Notes: generated by a model not told the origin, from the sequence alone. A DNA stretch of 64,000 nt from an uncultured Anaeroplasmatales bacterium (GCA_964634685.1 CAZWLD010000005.1:3624-67623), one strand, 5' to 3'. Positions 10,864 to 19,326 are shown, counted from the stretch's first letter. Made by a program: numbers and translations.

Positions 10864-11348
10864 AAAAAACACCTCTACTCCCAAGTATTATATCACATTC
10901 ATATGTAATATGAAACAAAAATAAAATTGAAATCCTTATCATATCCTATTTTAAAAGCTCTTTTCTTTACAAATGAGCATATAACGGAAACGAAGGGATA
11001 GGTGTTTTGTTTCCAATCGAAAATTTTTCGATGAAAAACATAATATTAGAGAAAATTGAAAAATTATTATGATAACCGATATTTTATCCATTTTTGGAAT
11101 TTGTTGTATCGCCTATTTTTTACCAAAATCAACCTCCCAGCAATTTTAGTGGAATCGCGGCTAGTATCCTTGCGGTAATTAATTCATCCTTAGAGGATAT
11201 TATCCGGCACCATCGTCGCATCGGCAATCATTAAGAAAATTATTGCGGTGATTATTGCCAAAATGGCCTTTAAATGGTCCCATGAAATCGAAAAAACAAT
11301 TGAAATGCCAAAAGGATAATAATATAATAAGACTAAAGGAGGGATTTT

Positions 11349-12587
11349 ATGAAACCCCTAGCCTATCGAATGCGTCCTAAAACCTTTGATGAGGTGTACG
11401 GACAGGATAATCTTATTGGCGAAAAAGGAATTATCCGCAAAATGCTCGAAACTAATTCCTTAACCTCAATGATTTTATATGGAGAACCCGGATGTGGCAA
11501 AACAACAATCGCCGAGATTATTGCCAGTAATTACAGTATGAATCATTATTTCTTTAATGCTTCTATCGACTCAAAGGATAAGCTTAAGGAGATTGCTCAA
11601 GCAACCAAATATTATGAAAATACCGTTTTAATTATCGATGAAATTCATCGAATGAAGAAGGATATTCAGGATTTTCTTCTCTCCTATATGGAAAATGGAA
11701 GCTTTATTGTCATCGGACTTACAACATCTAATCCATATCATTCCATTAATCCAGCCATTAGGTCAAGATGTCATCTTTTTAAATTGAATCCCATTACCAA
11801 TGACATGATGAAAAAAATTATCGATAACGCCCTTAATTCTTCGCTTTTACCCCAGAAAATCACCTTAGATAGTGATGTTTATCAATATATCATCGATAAT
11901 TCTAATCAAGAGGTTAGGACCTGTCTTAATATTGTCGAGGCCTTAGCAATTGGATCAAATGATGGTCATGTGACCCTCGAGGAAGCCAAAAGCTTAATCC
12001 TAAAGCCTTCATTATCCTTAGATAAGGATGGTGATAATTATTATGATACCATTTCGGCTCTTCAAAAATCCATCCGCGGATCCGATGTTAATGCGAGCCT
12101 TCATTATTTAGCTCGCCTTATCAGCGCCCAAGATTTAGAAATCCTAACCAGAAGACTCGTTGTCATTGCCTATGAGGATATTGGACTTGCCAATCCGAGT
12201 ATGGGTGAAAAGGCCGTTGCGGCTTGCGAGGCAGCCAAAATGCTTGGCTTCCCTGAAGCTAGAATTCCCCTTTCTCATCTCGTCATCGATATGGCGATTT
12301 CACCCAAATCGAATTCTGCCGAAGCGGCCATTGATAAAGCCATCAGTGATTTTGAGAAAGGATTAGGAAATGGTATTCCGGATAATTTAAAAAATGGTTT
12401 GATTTCTTCAGGAAAGGCAACCTATAAATATCCGCACGATTATCCTTCTGGTGTTATATCCCAGCAATATCTTCCTGATGACTTATTAGGCGTTGAATAC
12501 TATACCCCTAAGGAAACTAGTCAATATGAAAAAGCATTAAAGGAACGTTACAATATTTTAAAAACATATCAAATAAAAAAGCATTAA
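11349..12587 (+). CDS. rarA: replication-associated recombination protein A (MgsA/RarA AAA+ ATPase)
   Basis: MRPKTFDEVYGQ, Walker A GEPGCGKTT, Walker B IIDEIHR and the C-terminal MgsA domain (SIRGSD..ASLHYLARL). RBS is AAGGAGGG. Confidence 0.9.
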   Translation: MKPLAYRMRPKTFDEVYGQDNLIGEKGIIRKMLETNSLTSMILYGEPGCGKTTIAEIIASNYSMNHYFFNASIDSKDKLKEIAQATKYYENTVLIIDEIHRMKKDIQDFLLSYMENGSFIVIGLTTSNPYHSINPAIRSRCHLFKLNPITNDMMKKIIDNALNSSLLPQKITLDSDVYQYIIDNSNQEVRTCLNIVEALAIGSNDGHVTLEEAKSLILKPSLSLDKDGDNYYDTISALQKSIRGSDVNASLHYLARLISAQDLEILTRRLVVIAYEDIGLANPSMGEKAVAACEAAKMLGFPEARIPLSHLVIDMAISPKSNSAEAAIDKAISDFEKGLGNGIPDNLKNGLISSGKATYKYPHDYPSGVISQQYLPDDLLGVEYYTPKETSQYEKALKERYNILKTYQIKKH

Positions 12588-12620
12588 TTAAACCATTTAT
12601 AGGCTTAAATAATGCTTTTT
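12579..12620 (+). terminator. possible terminator after rarA
   Basis: AAGCATTA (12579-12586) pairs with TAATGCTT (12610-12617), followed by a T-run. The 23-nt loop weakens the call. Confidence 0.4.
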
Positions 12621-12715
12621 CTTTATTCAATTATCATATCATATAAAGAGGTGATTTTCATTGAACCAAAAGGCATTTATCATTGTTGTGACGCTCATTC
12701 TCTTTATTATTCTTC

Positions 12716-13291
12716 TTACACAAAAAGGGCCCAAAAAAGGAAAATCAAGTAACTAAGAAAATAGGCGTAGGCAAAGTAGGAATTAATCTCCTTTTTTCGA
12801 TATAAAACCATTGCGCCTAAAATTGGTAAAATATAGATAACTAAAATCAAATTCAAAATGGAAGGATTCGAATAATCAACAATATTAAAAATACCGATTA
12901 CAAGGAGAAATAAACCGATGCACGAAATTAAAATTCGATCGTATTTCAAGAGCTTGCAAAAAAAGTTAATCACTAATAATAAAAGACCATAGCCTAATAA
13001 AATCGCAATCGAAATTTCATTCACAATAAAGTCATCAAAAATATCGGAGGCAATTAATCCTGAGGATATTGATAAAACAAAAGGAAAAAACCAAAAGGGA
13101 AGCTTCATCTTTTTATTTACCAAAAAGATGATAGCCGCAATTAATCCAATTCCGGCACCAATAAAAAAGCAGGACTTATGGTCGATTAAACGACCAATTC
13201 CATATCCAATATAAAGAATTATTAAAGAAACCCATTGCAAAACTAAAATCCGATCCAGGTTTTTTTTAAGACCATTATCCATATTTATCAC
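12716..13291 (-). CDS. hypothetical polytopic membrane protein
   Basis: 191 aa with 5-6 hydrophobic helices and no recognisable motif. Lies 37 nt downstream of the FtsK-like gene. Confidence 0.5.
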   Translation of the reverse strand: MINMDNGLKKNLDRILVLQWVSLIILYIGYGIGRLIDHKSCFFIGAGIGLIAAIIFLVNKKMKLPFWFFPFVLSISSGLIASDIFDDFIVNEISIAILLGYGLLLLVINFFCKLLKYDRILISCIGLFLLVIGIFNIVDYSNPSILNLILVIYILPILGAMVLYRKKEINSYFAYAYFLSYLIFLFWALFV

Positions 13292-13328
13292 CCACTTTTT
13301 TTTATTATAACAAAGTCATAGCGTAAAA

Positions 13329-15002
13329 TCAATGAATTACATTTTTATATTCCATATCTGTAATAAATCCTGATTGAACGCGACAGCTTTTATCCTGATA
13401 TCGATAGATAAAATCACCCTTCCCGACCAAATAAATAGCTTGATCATTATCTAATAATTCATATGATTGACCGATATTATTTACCTTAAAAACTAATTTG
13501 ACCGGGAGTGTACTTTTAAGTAAATTGGTAATTGTATTAGGTTTTCGATTAATAACAACTAACGATATTCCAACCTTTTGACCGATTTGGGCTAAATAGA
13601 TAATTTTTCCTTCAATAGCTTGAAAATTCATACTGTCATATATTATTTCTAATCCATTAATGAAAAGAAAAAGATAATCCATTGTTTCACAATCAATTTT
13701 TTTTAAGTTAATAGCCTTGTTACATTCCTCGAGGCTATTGACCCCTAAAAATTTGAACAAATCCATTCTTCTTTCAATTTCATTTACAATCTCCGTAAAG
13801 GCTTTATCTAGTCCCTTTACATCCTTATAGTAATCAAATATTTCTAATTCGATAAATTCTTTATTTAAGTCCACAAAGGTAATTTTTATGGGCTTTTTTA
13901 ATAATTTTATTCCGGTAATCATTCCTTTAATGAAGGTTTTGATTCCCGTATTTAAAGAACCGCTTAACAACATATGAAGTCCTTTTTTATAATCAAAATC
14001 GATGATTTGATTATTAACATCAAATCCTAAATTGATGTTCTCATTTTCCTCCTTTAAGACTTTTTTTAATGACAACAAATCCTTAAACTTATTTTCAAAT
14101 TGAATTAATACTTGTCCCTTATCTATGGACATATAATAGGCCCCCGTAATAATTTCCTTGATTCTCGATTTTAAGATTTGCTCATCATAATTATTAAGGG
14201 TAAGCCTAATCTCAGAAAATAAATAGGACACACTAAAGCTCGTCTTTAAAACCTCGTAATTTAAAACCTTCATGAGATTACATACACCGTAATGAAGATC
14301 CTCAGTAATCTTATTTTGGAGATTCATATTGATGTTTGAATCAGAATCTGATAAAAGAGTAATGTTCTTCTTTTTGGGCTTTTTTTGATAATCGATTTTT
14401 TTAAAATAAGCAATGATTAGATAATAAATTTCCTTTAGCTTAATTACAAATCTTTTTAATAAATGATAAAAGCTAAAGAGATTATTATTTGAAATAAAAA
14501 TAAAAGAAATAAAAAGAACGAGGATGATTACTAAAAAGGAGCCAATATCTCCAAACAAAAAATAAAGGATTTGATAAATAAAGCCGCCAATCAAGCCACC
14601 ACCCATTATGTAGCTATCCTGAAAGCTTTTTAAATAAAGCATATAGATGTTCCACATTCCAACTAAGGAATTACTTCCATAGGCAAAGGAAAAGGTATAA
14701 AAATTTTGATGGGATAAGAGCATTAGACTTAACAATAATAAAAAAATACCATTGTACCTTAAGGTAAATAGATTAAATTTTTCTTTCTTAAAAACAAGAA
14801 GAAAACCGCTAACCATTCCCGTTAATAAAAAGCCAAAATACCAATCTCCTACTAATATTCGAAATAAAATCTGAAGTCCTGTTCCTATTTTTCCAATGGA
14901 AGCTAAAATAATCGTGGAAACAAAAATCAATCCCATCCCAATTAGCTCATAATATATTTCCTTATCCTCTTTGACCTCACGGAGCTTCTTTTCTTTGCCC
15001 AT
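13329..15002 (-). CDS. FtsK/SpoIIIE-like membrane protein with degenerate (non-catalytic) motor domain
   Basis: FtsK-type 4-TM N-terminus and a collinear motor-domain match. The Walker A position reads LLSGSLNTGIK (13935-13967), the Walker B position reads LFLFINGLE, and ATQRPS is replaced by VINRKPN. Confidence 0.7.
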   Translation of the reverse strand: MGKEKKLREVKEDKEIYYELIGMGLIFVSTIILASIGKIGTGLQILFRILVGDWYFGFLLTGMVSGFLLVFKKEKFNLFTLRYNGIFLLLLSLMLLSHQNFYTFSFAYGSNSLVGMWNIYMLYLKSFQDSYIMGGGLIGGFIYQILYFLFGDIGSFLVIILVLFISFIFISNNNLFSFYHLLKRFVIKLKEIYYLIIAYFKKIDYQKKPKKKNITLLSDSDSNINMNLQNKITEDLHYGVCNLMKVLNYEVLKTSFSVSYLFSEIRLTLNNYDEQILKSRIKEIITGAYYMSIDKGQVLIQFENKFKDLLSLKKVLKEENENINLGFDVNNQIIDFDYKKGLHMLLSGSLNTGIKTFIKGMITGIKLLKKPIKITFVDLNKEFIELEIFDYYKDVKGLDKAFTEIVNEIERRMDLFKFLGVNSLEECNKAINLKKIDCETMDYLFLFINGLEIIYDSMNFQAIEGKIIYLAQIGQKVGISLVVINRKPNTITNLLKSTLPVKLVFKVNNIGQSYELLDNDQAIYLVGKGDFIYRYQDKSCRVQSGFITDMEYKNVIH

Positions 15003-15078
15003 TATATCACCATTTTAATGATACAATAATGAAAAATCGATTTTTGTAAAAAAAAATGATTTTTTTTATTTTTTCCCC

Positions 15079-15107
15079 TTGACATTAGTTTTTTTAGATG
15101 TTACAAT
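15079..15107 (+). promoter_or_regulatory. near-consensus sigma-A promoter (TTGACA-17-TACAAT with TGn extension)
   Basis: TTGACA at 15079-15084, a 17-nt spacer ending in TGT, and TACAAT at 15102-15107. No plus-strand CDS lies downstream. Confidence 0.6.
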
Positions 15108-15112
15108 ATAGA

Positions 15113-15247
15113 TGCATTCGATAAGAATGCTACTTATCCCCTATAATTGTATGTCAATCATACAAAAAATTTTATTCACAAATCCCCTTTTTAAAAGAAC
15201 CCTACTTGCCCAAGTAGGGTTCATCCCTTTTATAGGGATTTTTTTTT
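15113..15247 (+). ncRNA. candidate orphan small RNA (about 135 nt), family unknown
   Basis: Predicted TSS just after the promoter. Hairpins at 15114-15130, 15147-15165 and 15197-15222 (11-12 bp perfect), then terminator ATCCCT/AGGGAT at 15223-15239 plus a T-run to 15247. Confidence 0.45.
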
Positions 15248-15386
15248 GCTGTTAAAAAAGTCTTAAGAATATACTTAGGAACGAAAAATCTTAACTTTTT
15301 TTTGAAGCATATCATCACCTCTATTTAACCACCCCATAATTTTTCATCAAATGGGTACTTAAGTATAAAATTTGTTTTCTTCAAAT

Positions 15387-15410
15387 AAAAAAAAGGGTTG
15401 ATTTCAACCC
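15387..15410 (-). terminator. intrinsic terminator ending the seven-gene operon
   Basis: GGGTTG (15395-15400) pairs with CAACCC (15405-15410) around a 4-nt loop, followed on the minus strand by 8 T. It sits 5 nt after the stop at 15416. Confidence 0.6.
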
Positions 15411-15415
15411 ATTTT

Positions 15416-17149
15416 CTATATTTTATTTAATGCATCGATAATATCATAGCTAATATTATCATTGACAGTATAATCACGAATATATTGAAGATACTCATCA
15501 CAAATATTCTTCATAATACCTTGAGCCTCTGTGCATTCATTTTGAATTCGCATCTTGATACGTGATCTCTTACGATTATATAGGAAAATATTGATCGCCG
15601 TGATAATGAAAAATCCACAGCCAACAAGGAAGCCTAAATAATAAAGCTCCATTTCTTTTTGAATCATAAGCATACCTAGGGCTGTACCAGCAATGGCGAT
15701 GATTAAGCTAAGTAATGTTGGAATAATCGAAACCTTGCGAAGAAGGGTATTCTTCTTTTTTTCATAAAAGCCAATTACCTTTGAATCCTCACGGTCAGGG
15801 TTTTCCAAATCACAGATATTTTCATAGTCGTTGATACGGACTCTTCTTTCGGATGTCATAAGCTTGCGATAATCCTCAAAATAGGCATTAGCGGCCTTAA
15901 TTACAATATCCTTAGTTAAAGAAAACATATTCCAAATTGCTAAATTGCTGATGTTCTTTTCCTTAGGATCAAAAATCCATCCAACCATTTGATTAACCAA
16001 ATTAAGTGGCGATTTTTCTTCCTTTTTCTTGGCCTCATATATTTCCTTTGCGAGTTCAATATTGCCTTTATTTTTAATAATTTCCTCTTGATATTCAATT
16101 TCCTCATAAAGCTTCTTTTCCTTTTCACTTGGAACGTCGACTATATGATCTAAATAATTTTTTAAATAAGAATTTTTATCATCATCCGAGAAATTATTGA
16201 TTTTATTAATAAATTCTAAAATAGCGGAATTATTTTTGGCCCTTGATAAAATCAAAGTCAATTTATCTACATCCAAGCAATAATTTGCTAAATTCTTGTA
16301 ATATGAGGTTTCAGGAACATCCAAATGCACAAAATAATTATTGACATAATCAACTAAAGAGGCTTGAGATTGCTTTGCTTCCTTGCTTTTTAGTTGAGTT
16401 TGTAGATATTCCTTAATATCAACACTAATCGCATCCAGATTTTTGTCAGATACCTTACCACTTAATAAGGATATTAGCATCAAAAAGGTATCATCATCAC
16501 TCTTTTGCATATATGACTTTTGATAACGCTTAAACCAAAGACCAGCTGCTTCCTCACGTCCCATCAATAAATTGAAAATCATGAAGAAAATCGAGGTGTT
16601 TTTTTCATCAAGTGTCAAAGCATTTTTTAAAGCCTTATTAGCTCCATGCTTATTATCCTTTTTCCAATATAAAATCGCAACACAAGCTGCCGTAAGCCAA
16701 TAATCTGGTGATTTTAATTGCTTCTTTTCAATGCTTTTTTCTAAAACATCATCGGATACAACCTCTAAATTAAAGCTATCAAGAAGGGCTAAAATAACTC
16801 TTCTTACCGTACGATATTCATCAAAGGAATAATAAAGGTCATCCTGAAGGGCACGAATTTTTTTATTCGCATCCTCCATATTTTTGAAGGAATGATATAT
16901 CCTTTCAATCTCTAATTCAAGCTCATAGCTGTTTAGCATCATATCTGTTGAGGCCTTCAAGATATCTTTTGATTTATCGAGCTCAGCCTCAACCTTTTTA
17001 TTATATTCAGCTATTTCATTATTAGCCTTATCAACGGAATTAGTGACAAATTCAATTTCACCCTTGATTGTCTCATTTTTTCGCAATATTTCTTTTAGTT
17101 GCCCCTCAAGACGACTAATTTCGGATTTTAATTCACTTACTTCAACCAC
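15416..17149 (-). CDS. operon gene 7: coiled-coil/helical-repeat protein with C-terminal 2-TM hairpin (paralogue of genes 2 and 3)
   Basis: 577 aa, GTG start 8 nt after GGAGG. N-terminal heptad-rich region, the block DYWLTAACVAILYWKK..ANKALKNAL..FFMIFNLLMGREEAAGLWFKRY shared with the paralogues, and two C-terminal hydrophobic helices. Confidence 0.7.
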   Translation of the reverse strand: MVEVSELKSEISRLEGQLKEILRKNETIKGEIEFVTNSVDKANNEIAEYNKKVEAELDKSKDILKASTDMMLNSYELELEIERIYHSFKNMEDANKKIRALQDDLYYSFDEYRTVRRVILALLDSFNLEVVSDDVLEKSIEKKQLKSPDYWLTAACVAILYWKKDNKHGANKALKNALTLDEKNTSIFFMIFNLLMGREEAAGLWFKRYQKSYMQKSDDDTFLMLISLLSGKVSDKNLDAISVDIKEYLQTQLKSKEAKQSQASLVDYVNNYFVHLDVPETSYYKNLANYCLDVDKLTLILSRAKNNSAILEFINKINNFSDDDKNSYLKNYLDHIVDVPSEKEKKLYEEIEYQEEIIKNKGNIELAKEIYEAKKKEEKSPLNLVNQMVGWIFDPKEKNISNLAIWNMFSLTKDIVIKAANAYFEDYRKLMTSERRVRINDYENICDLENPDREDSKVIGFYEKKKNTLLRKVSIIPTLLSLIIAIAGTALGMLMIQKEMELYYLGFLVGCGFFIITAINIFLYNRKRSRIKMRIQNECTEAQGIMKNICDEYLQYIRDYTVNDNISYDIIDALNKI

Positions 17150-17152
17150 AGA

Positions 17153-18652
17153 TTAGTCCTCCTTTGAAGCATTTATCGCTCTTTCATTACCCCAGCTACG
17201 GCATTGCTCAATTGTCTCGGGATTTGAAATTGAAATCGGAATAATGCTCTTAATTTTCTTACAAACAAGATCAAAGGTAATGGCATCCTGTCCATTTAAA
17301 ATGGCATATTGGGCAACCTCCTTGATGGCGGTTTCAATATCCGCTGACGAATAGCCCTTGGTTAGCTCAACTAAGGTCTCAAGCTCGGAATCAAGGAAAT
17401 TAACATGAAGGCAACGATCACCATAATAAAGAATAACATTTTTTCGTTCCTCTTTATTAGGTAAATCAATGAAGAACATTTCCGAAAAACGGCCCTTACG
17501 GAAAAGTTCACTTGGAAGCTTAGTTACATCATTAGCGGTTGCTACAAGGAAAACGCGGCTTGTCGATTCCTGAAGCCAAAACAAAAATTGACCTAAAATT
17601 CGTTTACCCGTATCATTTCCCGAATCCGATGTTGATAAGGCCTTTTCGATTTCATCAATCCAAAGAACACAAGGCGAAACGTTGTCGATAAAATCCAAAG
17701 CCTCCTTCATCTTCTTTTCACTTTCTCCGACCCATTTATCGTAGACATTTCCTAAATCAAAGCGGAATAAAGGAAGCTCCCATTCAAGCGAAATCATCTT
17801 TGCCGATAGGGATTTACCACATCCTGGAACACCGGCAAGCAAAATTCCCTTTGGTGTTTCAAGGCTACGGGACGCAAGCACCTCATCAGGCGCAAAGAAG
17901 ATATTTTTCTTTTCCTTGAGCCAATCCTTAAGATTTTCTAGTCCGGCCACCTTGATAGTTGGATTAACCTCAACTAATTGAACGGTTGAAACACCCGAAT
18001 AAAGACGATTCTTTTGCTTTGTTAAATCGATAATATTATTTTTACCTAAGCCTTGTGGGGAAACTAAAGCGGCGGATAAAATATTCTCTAATTGAATCTC
18101 CGAAAAGCCTCTTAATAAGGTTGCGGCCTTGCGAGTTGCTTCATCATCCCAATTGATTTTAAAACGACCACTATAGGTTCGGATAAATTCATTAATTTGG
18201 ATAGCCCGTTCACTCATATCCGGAAAATCCAAAACGGTAATCATTCCGAAGCGAACCAAGCGACTCCAAACCTCATCCGGCGTTACAATGATAACGGTAC
18301 AGCTACTTTCCTTAGCTAAATATAAAACATTTAGTAAATCTCGGCTGTAGCTATTGTCACAATCAAGGTGTTTAATATCACCAATCGCAAAAATCATATT
18401 GTGGCGCTTTTTAAAGGTCTTAACCATATATCCAAGCGGATCACTATCGATATTAAGCGGTGTGCCCTCATTTTTCATATTATAGACCTGTTTAGCGTCT
18501 GTATAATACTCCAAATCAAGGTTTTTCTCATAGGCTAATTCTCCTAATAATCGTTCCACACGCTCTCTTTCGGCGGATTTTACGATAATTAACGGCGTTC
18601 TAGCACAAATATAATTAAATATTTCTTTTTTTACTGTACGAAAATTACTCAT
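17153..18652 (-). CDS. operon gene 6: classic-clade AAA+ ATPase, Ycf46-like architecture
   Basis: 499 aa. Walker A GVPGCGKS (aa 274-281), Walker B VLWIDEIEK, sensor-1 ATAN and SRH arginines FRKGRFS. The roughly 250-aa N-terminal region has no P-loop. GVPGCGKSLSAK...LPLFRFDLG...VGESE resembles Ycf46-type proteins. Confidence 0.8.
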   Translation of the reverse strand: MSNFRTVKKEIFNYICARTPLIIVKSAERERVERLLGELAYEKNLDLEYYTDAKQVYNMKNEGTPLNIDSDPLGYMVKTFKKRHNMIFAIGDIKHLDCDNSYSRDLLNVLYLAKESSCTVIIVTPDEVWSRLVRFGMITVLDFPDMSERAIQINEFIRTYSGRFKINWDDEATRKAATLLRGFSEIQLENILSAALVSPQGLGKNNIIDLTKQKNRLYSGVSTVQLVEVNPTIKVAGLENLKDWLKEKKNIFFAPDEVLASRSLETPKGILLAGVPGCGKSLSAKMISLEWELPLFRFDLGNVYDKWVGESEKKMKEALDFIDNVSPCVLWIDEIEKALSTSDSGNDTGKRILGQFLFWLQESTSRVFLVATANDVTKLPSELFRKGRFSEMFFIDLPNKEERKNVILYYGDRCLHVNFLDSELETLVELTKGYSSADIETAIKEVAQYAILNGQDAITFDLVCKKIKSIIPISISNPETIEQCRSWGNERAINASKED

Positions 18653-19147
18653 TTAATCACCTACTTTAAATATTTCGCCAAACGCTAATTTTTTCATGTC
18701 ATACAAAACATTAACATATTCCCGATTAACCCGTCCATTGAGTTCAAAAAATAGCGATAAATCCTTAAAGTATTTTTTAAGCTCCTGACATATTTGATCG
18801 GATAATTGCTTTCTTGTTTCAAAGCGAACAAATTCCAGATTTTGATAAAATGTTAAATTAACAAAATCATTTTTTAGTTTTTTTAAAAGTCTTGAAATAC
18901 CGATAAAATCATTGACCTCAATCATAAAATTAATATCCTTGTTAAATTTTTTTAGCTTTTTCGACATTGTAAAATTCAAATAGGAAACTAATTGATTTTG
19001 AAAAAGTCCAATAATATAGCTATCGTTTTCAAGCTTTCCTTGCCGAAGAATATTCGCATCATCCTCGGTCATTTCGTATTCCTTAAAATATTCAAAGGCC
19101 CGAAGCCATTCATTATATGTTGTTGGGGGATAAATAAACGCTTGCAT
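18653..19147 (-). CDS. operon gene 5: 164-aa hypothetical helical protein
   Basis: No recognisable motif. Its start shares one base with the stop of the 59-aa ORF (TAATG), and its stop abuts the AAA+ start (TAAATG). Confidence 0.6.
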   Translation of the reverse strand: MQAFIYPPTTYNEWLRAFEYFKEYEMTEDDANILRQGKLENDSYIIGLFQNQLVSYLNFTMSKKLKKFNKDINFMIEVNDFIGISRLLKKLKNDFVNLTFYQNLEFVRFETRKQLSDQICQELKKYFKDLSLFFELNGRVNREYVNVLYDMKKLAFGEIFKVGD

Positions 19148-19326
19148 TATTTAAAGAATGAAAAAGGTGGCTCTAAACTCCAAGCTGGAAGCTTTTTGTT
19201 CATTTCCTTAAGTTTTTCATTAGATAAATCGGTCGTCTTTTCATCATCATCGGCTTTAACAAGATTTTTCATAATATTTTTTTCTAATTTATCATTAATT
19301 TGAATTAAGTTTTCCTCATTTTTCAT
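19147..19326 (-). CDS. operon gene 4: unlisted 59-aa ORF
   Basis: Hand translation gives MKNEENLIQINDKLEKNIMKNLVKADDDEKTTDLSNEKLKEMNKKLPAWSLEPPFSFFK. GGAGG lies 8 nt upstream of the ATG at 19326. It falls below the track's 60-aa cutoff and fills the only apparent gap in the operon. Confidence 0.6.
   Translation of the reverse strand: MKNEENLIQINDKLEKNIMKNLVKADDDEKTTDLSNEKLKEMNKKLPAWSLEPPFSFFK

Noticed and set aside
10887-10892. TATAAT hexamer (minus strand) just upstream of nadA as its -10 box
   Set aside because: It lies only about 6 nt from the RBS, so a transcript starting there would lack a usable Shine-Dalgarno sequence. The real promoter is probably further upstream.
13329-15002. Annotating the FtsK-like gene as a functional DNA translocase (FtsK/SpoIIIE)
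   Set aside because: The Walker A, Walker B and downstream catalytic positions are all substituted, and the protein lacks a gamma domain.
15112-15255. 47-codon leaderless ORF (MHSIRMLLIPYNC...GIFFCC) inside the candidate sRNA
   Set aside because: There is no Shine-Dalgarno sequence, the ATG sits 5 nt after the -10 box, and the stop codon (15253-15255) lies beyond the terminator T-run. The predicted transcript would therefore end before the stop.
18992-19303. 103-aa plus-strand ORF spanning the apparent gap in the operon
   Set aside because: It runs antisense to the operon, has no RBS and is low-complexity. The gap is better explained by the RBS-preceded, stop/start-coupled 59-aa minus-strand ORF at 19147-19326.
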